In this document: piece by piece, positions 59,136 to 64,000 of the stretch
Layout: each line of letters starts with the position of its first letter
Position numbering within the stretch: position 1 is the stretch's first letter
Assembly: GCA_945872615.1 (NCBI GenBank)
Contig: CAMBZZ010000004.1
Span: 80,814-144,813, forward strand
Reading direction: 5' to 3'
From: an uncultured Clostridia bacterium
GTDB lineage: Bacteria; Bacillota; Clostridia; Christensenellales; UBA3700
DNA length: 64,000 nt
Translations under genes and position numbers: made by a program
Notes under the pieces: generated by a model
Database searches by the model: none
Seen by the model: the letters and a program-made list of their open reading frames with translations, nothing else
Told to the model about the DNA's origin: nothing

Positions 59136-59165
59136 CAAAAAAGTCGATACATATCGACTTTTTTG
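59136..59165 (-). terminator. Terminator downstream of ppiB (bidirectional shape)
   Basis: aaaaAAGTCGATAcaTATCGACTTtttt. Confidence 0.7.
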
Positions 59166-59196
59166 ATGATTTTGGTATTGTTGACTAGTGATAAGA

Positions 59197-59691
59197 TTAG
59201 GCTCTTTTGATAGTCTTGATGACGATCGGCTCGTAAGGCACGTCGTCGTAGTAGCCTACCGATACGGTATATACTTTGGATATATCTACTGCTATATCGA
59301 CGCTTTCCTCGTCACTCAAGCGACCGAAAGTTGCGTATTCTCCATCAAGAAAAGGCGTGTCCTCTACACATATAAAAAACTGTGAACTTGCCGAATTGGG
59401 CATATTGGTCCTAGCCATAGACAAAACTCCTTTGGTGTGTTTGAGAGGATTGTCGTAGCCGTTGGACTTAAATTCGCCCTTAATAGCCGAGGCGCTCTTA
59501 GGATTGAGAGCCGCGTCCATACCTCCGCCTTGAATCATAAATCTTGGGATAACTCTGTGAAAAATTAGTCCCGCAAAAAAGTCTTTGTCGATGAGTTTTA
59601 GAAAATTCTCGACCGTAACGGGCGCTACCTCCTCATAAAGTTCGGCGTTCATAACTCTGCCGTCGTTAAGTATAATTTGAATCTTTTGCAT
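59197..59691 (-). CDS. ppiB: Cyclophilin-type peptidyl-prolyl cis-trans isomerase
   Basis: 164 aa. FHRVIPRFMIQGG and SQFFI are motifs of this family. Confidence 0.9.
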   Translation of the reverse strand: MQKIQIILNDGRVMNAELYEEVAPVTVENFLKLIDKDFFAGLIFHRVIPRFMIQGGGMDAALNPKSASAIKGEFKSNGYDNPLKHTKGVLSMARTNMPNSASSQFFICVEDTPFLDGEYATFGRLSDEESVDIAVDISKVYTVSVGYYDDVPYEPIVIKTIKRA

Positions 59692-59700
59692 ATTGACCTC

Positions 59701-59988
59701 CTAAAATTCAAAATCAACGCTGTGCGACTTGGCGACCACACTCTTGACGTACTGCATTACGGGTACGTGTACGGGGTGGTCTTTGTAAACTTGCATATCG
59801 GCAAGACTGTCGAAAGTGCAAATAAGTACTACGTCAAAACTTCTCTCCGATCCGAGACAATCTTTGCCCGCCTCTATAGACCTAAGCACCTCAATTTTGC
59901 CTTGCATTGACATAAAGCGAGCGACGAGTGCGTCTTTTGCCTCTTGACTATCGTCTAGAAGCTTATACATTACTACGTGTTTAATCAT
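59701..59988 (-). CDS. Dabb (stress-responsive alpha/beta barrel) family protein
   Basis: 95 aa. MIKHVVMYKL...Y.DHPVHV is the typical Dabb pattern. Confidence 0.75.
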   Translation of the reverse strand: MIKHVVMYKLLDDSQEAKDALVARFMSMQGKIEVLRSIEAGKDCLGSERSFDVVLICTFDSLADMQVYKDHPVHVPVMQYVKSVVAKSHSVDFEF

Positions 59989-61195
59989 TTTTATTTTCCT
60001 CCGTATTATCGTCCTCGATAGGTTGTGGTATTGATTGTCTATGTTCGTACGCTCTATCCGTCAAGATTGAACATACCATCGCAGTCACGTCTTCTCCTCT
60101 ACCGTCAAGTCGAGATACTGCCTTGGCGTATTCTCCCTCATCGTTGAGCAAAGAAAGCGTGGAAGACAAAAGTTGATGTTTGCCCGCTCCGCAATAAGCC
60201 AAAGACTGACTGGTGAGATAGGAATAGTTGCCCTTTTCGATACTGTTCATAGGCTTGATGAGTACCATTGGCAAGTGGTTGGCAATAGCTTCGAAAGTGA
60301 CACCCGCCGTCGGAGACGTAACCAAAACGCGTGCGATAGAATACAACTCTTGCATGTCTTGAAGATTGTCTACGAGCGATACGTTGCGGTCGATACCCTT
60401 GCTCTTGCAATATGTCTTGATATAATTTTTTAGGCTCTTGCTACCCGAAGTTACCACAATGAGATTGACGGTGCGATAGTATTCTCCCAACGCGCTGAAG
60501 GCGTCTTTGAGATAGTCGCAACCGTACCTACCTCCTATCATCAAAATAACGGGAAGCGTTGGGTCGACGTCGTACTTTTGGCATACGGCAACTCTATCGT
60601 AGGTCTTGTCGCTATGCTTGGCACAAGTGCCCGCTATGAGAATTTTTTGGCTCTCGACACCGCTTGCAAGCATGTCTTGCGCAACTTGTTGATTTTGAAC
60701 GAAATATCCGTCGCTGAGAGCGTTGATAAAGTCGGAATCTAAACAATAATCCGTAGTCATCGCGTAGATAGGCATATTCTTACCGAGTTTTTTACGAGCT
60801 TTGATAGCCTTGTCGTGCGACTTGGGCGATAGACACAAAACCACGTCGGGATTGAATCTCTTGAGCACGTTGTCAATCTTGCGATATTTGACTTTGACTT
60901 CGCTACCTTCCCCTACTTCCTTGGGTTGAGTAGAGTTGCTCGATACCCTATCGTCCGCGTCTTTCTTACTTCCTATCCTTATCGGACCGACGAAATTGTT
61001 GAAAATCGGCAACAACCTTGCGCTGGCTTTGTATAGACCGCGCTGAATCTTTGCAGAAAAAAGATAGGAAAACCTGTCTTGGTCTACCGCTACGACCTCG
61101 TAGTCGCGATAATTGACGTTCATATAGTCCTCAATCGCCTTTGCCGATTGGTCGTACACTCCGCTTTGATACAAAATCAAAACCGTCCCTTTCAT
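59981..61195 (-). CDS. Glycosyltransferase, MGDG-synthase/UgtP-like (GT28 family)
   Basis: 404 aa. The GT-B-like layout has an N-terminal ILYQSG.. and a C-terminal IGGRYG...LVTSPTAGVTFEA. Confidence 0.5.
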   Translation of the reverse strand: MKGTVLILYQSGVYDQSAKAIEDYMNVNYRDYEVVAVDQDRFSYLFSAKIQRGLYKASARLLPIFNNFVGPIRIGSKKDADDRVSSNSTQPKEVGEGSEVKVKYRKIDNVLKRFNPDVVLCLSPKSHDKAIKARKKLGKNMPIYAMTTDYCLDSDFINALSDGYFVQNQQVAQDMLASGVESQKILIAGTCAKHSDKTYDRVAVCQKYDVDPTLPVILMIGGRYGCDYLKDAFSALGEYYRTVNLIVVTSGSKSLKNYIKTYCKSKGIDRNVSLVDNLQDMQELYSIARVLVTSPTAGVTFEAIANHLPMVLIKPMNSIEKGNYSYLTSQSLAYCGAGKHQLLSSTLSLLNDEGEYAKAVSRLDGRGEDVTAMVCSILTDRAYEHRQSIPQPIEDDNTEENKND

Positions 61196-62424
61196 CTCTT
61201 TACCTCTTTGCGTAAAATATCTTTTGGCTGTAGCCTATATTGGGTAGGTATATACAATACTTGTTGGACGATTTTGGCGTCATCTATCTCTTCGCCTAAA
61301 CCGTCGTATATCTTGTCTACCTTGATAATCTTGTTCCAACAATCGCCGTCCGCAGACAAAATTTCCAGCTCGTCACCCACCTTAAACCTGTTGCGTTGCT
61401 CGACTATGACGCAACCTTTCTCTTCGTCGTAGCCCAAAACTTCGGCAATAAACTCGTAGTCGCAACTAGGCTGAGAAGTGGACAAGCATACGCTGTCCGA
61501 CGAGTCGAAGTAAAATCCCGTGGTGTAGTCTCTGTGGCTGTTTTTGTACAACTCCCCGACGAGCTCGTCGGTTGGCTTGTAGTGCTCGGGGTCTCGATAG
61601 TACAAGTCGATTGCCTTGCGATATGCGTTGGTGACGCTTGCCACGTAGTACGGCGATTTCATTCTGCCTTCTATCTTGAAAGAATATGCTCCGCTATCGA
61701 TTAGGCGGTCGATATATTCTATCATATTGAGATCCTTGGAATTGAGAATATACGTGCCCTTGTCCCCCTCTTGACCTATGGTGAGCGGGTTGCCGCCGCG
61801 ATTGGCTTCTACCATTTGATACTCCCACCTGCACGCTTGCACGCAATCTCCCCTATTGGAAGAGCGTCCCGTCAGCGCGTTGGAAAGCAAGCATCGTCCG
61901 CTGTACGATATGCACATTGCACCGTGAACGAAAGCCTCAATCTCCACGTCGTCAGGTAGAAAATCGCGTATTTCTCTTACGTCTTTGAGCGAAGTCTCTC
62001 TTGCAAGCACTATTCTCTTGGCTCCCAATTCCGCCCAAAACTTGGCGCTGTATTTGTTGGTGGTGTTGGCTTGGGTAGAGATATGTATCTCCATATTAGG
62101 GGCGCACTTTTTGCAAACCGTCATCACCCCCGGGTCGGAGATAATCACCGCGTCGACGCCTATATCATAGAGAAAAGCAAAATACTCGCCTAGTCTATCG
62201 AAATCGTCGTTTTTTGCCAAAATATTGGTGGCAATATATATCTTTTTGCCCATTGAGTGCGTGTATCTGACGGCTTCGATGAGTGCCGCATCGTCAAAGT
62301 TTTTGGCGTTGGCACGCAAACTGAAGGCGTTGCCGCCCGCATATACCGCGTCCGCACCGAAATGCAACGCCGTCTTTAGTTTGTTGAGGTCTCCTGCTGG
62401 AGACAATAATTCCGTCTTGTTCAT
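61192..62424 (-). CDS. Peptidase U32 family protein (TrhP/RlhA-type, prephenate-dependent RNA hydroxylation family)
   Basis: MNKTELLSPAGDLNKLKTALHFGADAVY and E.FVHGAMC.SYSGRC are U32 hallmarks. The ATG at 62424 overlaps the upstream stop as ATGA. Confidence 0.8.
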   Translation of the reverse strand: MNKTELLSPAGDLNKLKTALHFGADAVYAGGNAFSLRANAKNFDDAALIEAVRYTHSMGKKIYIATNILAKNDDFDRLGEYFAFLYDIGVDAVIISDPGVMTVCKKCAPNMEIHISTQANTTNKYSAKFWAELGAKRIVLARETSLKDVREIRDFLPDDVEIEAFVHGAMCISYSGRCLLSNALTGRSSNRGDCVQACRWEYQMVEANRGGNPLTIGQEGDKGTYILNSKDLNMIEYIDRLIDSGAYSFKIEGRMKSPYYVASVTNAYRKAIDLYYRDPEHYKPTDELVGELYKNSHRDYTTGFYFDSSDSVCLSTSQPSCDYEFIAEVLGYDEEKGCVIVEQRNRFKVGDELEILSADGDCWNKIIKVDKIYDGLGEEIDDAKIVQQVLYIPTQYRLQPKDILRKEVKR

Positions 62425-63008
62425 TTTTTCCTTATAATGGCAACTCCGTTGCCCTCTCTTACGATTGTACATTCCAACCTCTCGTCGGCTTGCACCGTGG
62501 CAAGGAATTGTCTTAGGTTGGTGACTATCGTCCTATGTTTGTGAGGTATAAACTCCTCGCCCTCCACCATTCCGAAGTACAGTACGTCGTCGGCAAATAC
62601 CACTCCTCCCGCCGATAGGTGAGGCAAGCAAATAAGAAAGTGCGACAAATACTTACTCTTGGGTCCGTCGATAAAGATGAAGTCGTACTCTTTTCCTTCT
62701 ACGACACTCTCCAAAATCTCGTCCGCATTGCCTAGATATGCGTGTATTCTGTCGTCAATGCCAAGCCTTTTCCATAGAGATATAGCCTCTTGCCGCCTAG
62801 TATCGTCCATCTCGACGGTATCGATTGTCGCTTCGCTATTTAGCGCCATGAGCGACGCCGAATAGCCTATAGCCGTGCCTATCTCCAAAATTCTGCGAGG
62901 TTTGACCTCCTCTACCGCTCGAATCAAAATTTCTCGACTGTCGTCGTCTATGACGGGCACGTGTCTATCCCGTGCGCTTGCTAATACTTGTGATAAAATC
63001 GGGTTCAT
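62421..63008 (-). CDS. Class I SAM-dependent O-methyltransferase (YrrM/TrmR-like)
   Basis: 195 aa. ILEIGTAIGYS is SAM motif I, and FIDGPK is present. It lies directly upstream of the U32 gene, as in yrrM-yrrN-yrrO. Confidence 0.75.
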   Translation of the reverse strand: MNPILSQVLASARDRHVPVIDDDSREILIRAVEEVKPRRILEIGTAIGYSASLMALNSEATIDTVEMDDTRRQEAISLWKRLGIDDRIHAYLGNADEILESVVEGKEYDFIFIDGPKSKYLSHFLICLPHLSAGGVVFADDVLYFGMVEGEEFIPHKHRTIVTNLRQFLATVQADERLECTIVREGNGVAIIRKK

Positions 63009-64000
63009 TTTTCCATTACGATAGGGAGCACCATTGGCTTCTGGCGGAGTTTGTTGTTGAAGTATCTGTTGATTTTTTTGCGCACGTTGCTCTTAAACTC
63101 TTCCCTGACCTCCGGCTTGTTGTAGTTGGTGTCGTCGAATACCTTTTCGACGATAGACTTGATATAATCGGTCTGTTCTTCGTCAAGGCTGATGCCTCTG
63201 GCAATAACCTCGACGGGCGCGCACATGCTCTTGTCTTGCACAGATACGCTGACAAGCACTATCACCAATCCTTCTTTGCTGAGTTGGTGTCTGTCTTTGA
63301 GTATAGACGCGTCGACCCCTGCTAAGCCGTCTACGTAGGTGTTGCCCGCAACCACGTTGTCCAGCCTCGTCAAGCCCTTTTTGCTTACCGCTATACAGCT
63401 GCCTATCTCGGCTATCATTGTGTTTTTTGGGTTTACGCCGAGAGAAATAGCCAATTCTCTATTTTGTTGCATGTGGCGATATTCGCCGTGTACGGGGATA
63501 AAGAATTGCGGTTTGACGAGCGTAGTCATAAGTTTGATTTCTTCTTGACAGGCGTGTCCCGATACGTGCAAGGCTTCCAAAGAGCCGTACAGTACCTTCG
63601 CGCCTCTGCGATAGAGATTGTTGATGACGTTGTACACCGCCTTTTCGTTGCCCGGAATTGGCGAGGAAGATATGATGATGAGGTCGTTGTCGCCTACTAC
63701 CACCTTGTCTTCGCCGTTGCACATTCTCGTCAAAGCACTCATCGGCTCGCCCTGCGAGCCCGTGGTGATGATGCAAAGCTTGTGAGGCTCGATTTCCCCT
63801 ATCTTGTCTATATCTACTATGGTTTGCTCTCCCGCCGATAATAGCTTGAGTTCCTTAGCCATAACGGATATGTTCTTCATACTTCTACCGTTGAAAGCAA
63901 CCCTTCTACCTAAATTTTCGCATATAGATATGATTTGCTGTATGCGATTGATATTGGATGCAAAGGTGGCGATAATGATGCGTTTGTCGGTATTGTTGCG
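63005..64000 (-). CDS. rnj: Ribonuclease J (C-terminal ~330 aa; the 5' end lies beyond the window)
   Basis: The reading frame stays open past the track start. My translation of 63881-64000 reads ...DKRIIIATFASNINRIQQIISICENLGRRVAFNGRSMKN. Downstream, HVSGHACQEE is the beta-CASP motif. Confidence 0.85.
   Translation of the reverse strand, partial: RNNTDKRIIIATFASNINRIQQIISICENLGRRVAFNGRSMKNISVMAKELKLLSAGEQTIVDIDKIGEIEPHKLCIITTGSQGEPMSALTRMCNGEDKVVVGDNDLIIISSSPIPGNEKAVYNVINNLYRRGAKVLYGSLEALHVSGHACQEEIKLMTTLVKPQFFIPVHGEYRHMQQNRELAISLGVNPKNTMIAEIGSCIAVSKKGLTRLDNVVAGNTYVDGLAGVDASILKDRHQLSKEGLVIVLVSVSVQDKSMCAPVEVIARGISLDEEQTDYIKSIVEKVFDDTNYNKPEVREEFKSNVRKKINRYFNNKLRQKPMVLPIVMEK

Overview
This 64-kb window is a chromosomal segment from a moderate-GC, spore-forming Firmicute. 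The Clostridia-like assignment is an inference from SpoIVA with a sigma-E-type promoter, a YlaJ-like protein and the overall gene content. I call about 55 CDS, almost all on the minus strand. No tRNA, rRNA, CRISPR array or intact mobile element was recognised.

Core content, left to right:
- Pur cluster: purE-purM-purN-purH-purD-purL, with purL truncated at the window edge.
- gdhA, icd, and ddl with a murF-like gene.
- An alpha/beta hydrolase, then rimI-tsaB-tsaE.
- An FMN riboswitch controlling ribU.
- deoC-pdp, then rsfS with a fused nadD-yqeK.
- yhbY-obg, nfnAB, nth, and a P-type ATPase.
- An aromatic amino-acid supra-operon: aroB-aroA-aroC-pheA-aroE/aroK-aroQ-tyrA.
- A MATE exporter, a Leu T-box controlling leuA, and a stand-alone trpB2.
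- A DUF3810 protein, spoIVA, an [FeFe]-hydrogenase-like gene, yfcE, and an aminotransferase.
- der, a DUF512 gene, ppiB, a Dabb protein, a glycosyltransferase, a U32 peptidase with an O-methyltransferase, and rnj (truncated at the window edge).

Accessory or unusual content:
1. An AT-rich islet between purE and gdhA. It holds four perfect DnaA boxes and an orphan 1169-aa polyvalent-type protein of the kind found in phages and conjugative elements.
2. A WYL-regulator plus acetyltransferase bicistron on the opposite strand.
3. An AT-rich HTH-Fic gene with a palindromic operator candidate.
4. A dispersed hairpin-repeat family. One copy set is a 634-bp composite array, containing a perfect 167-bp duplication, inserted inside the aro operon.
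5. The trpB2 leader, my top candidate for follow-up. It carries seven NAG triplets at an exact 5-nt period, three more upstream, and an intrinsic terminator. This is the signature of a TRAP-type RNA-binding attenuation site.
6. A strongly Shine-Dalgarno-preceded Cys/Arg/Asp-rich 96-aa ORF immediately downstream of spoIVA.

All calls come from reading the sequence and the ORF translations. No database search was run.
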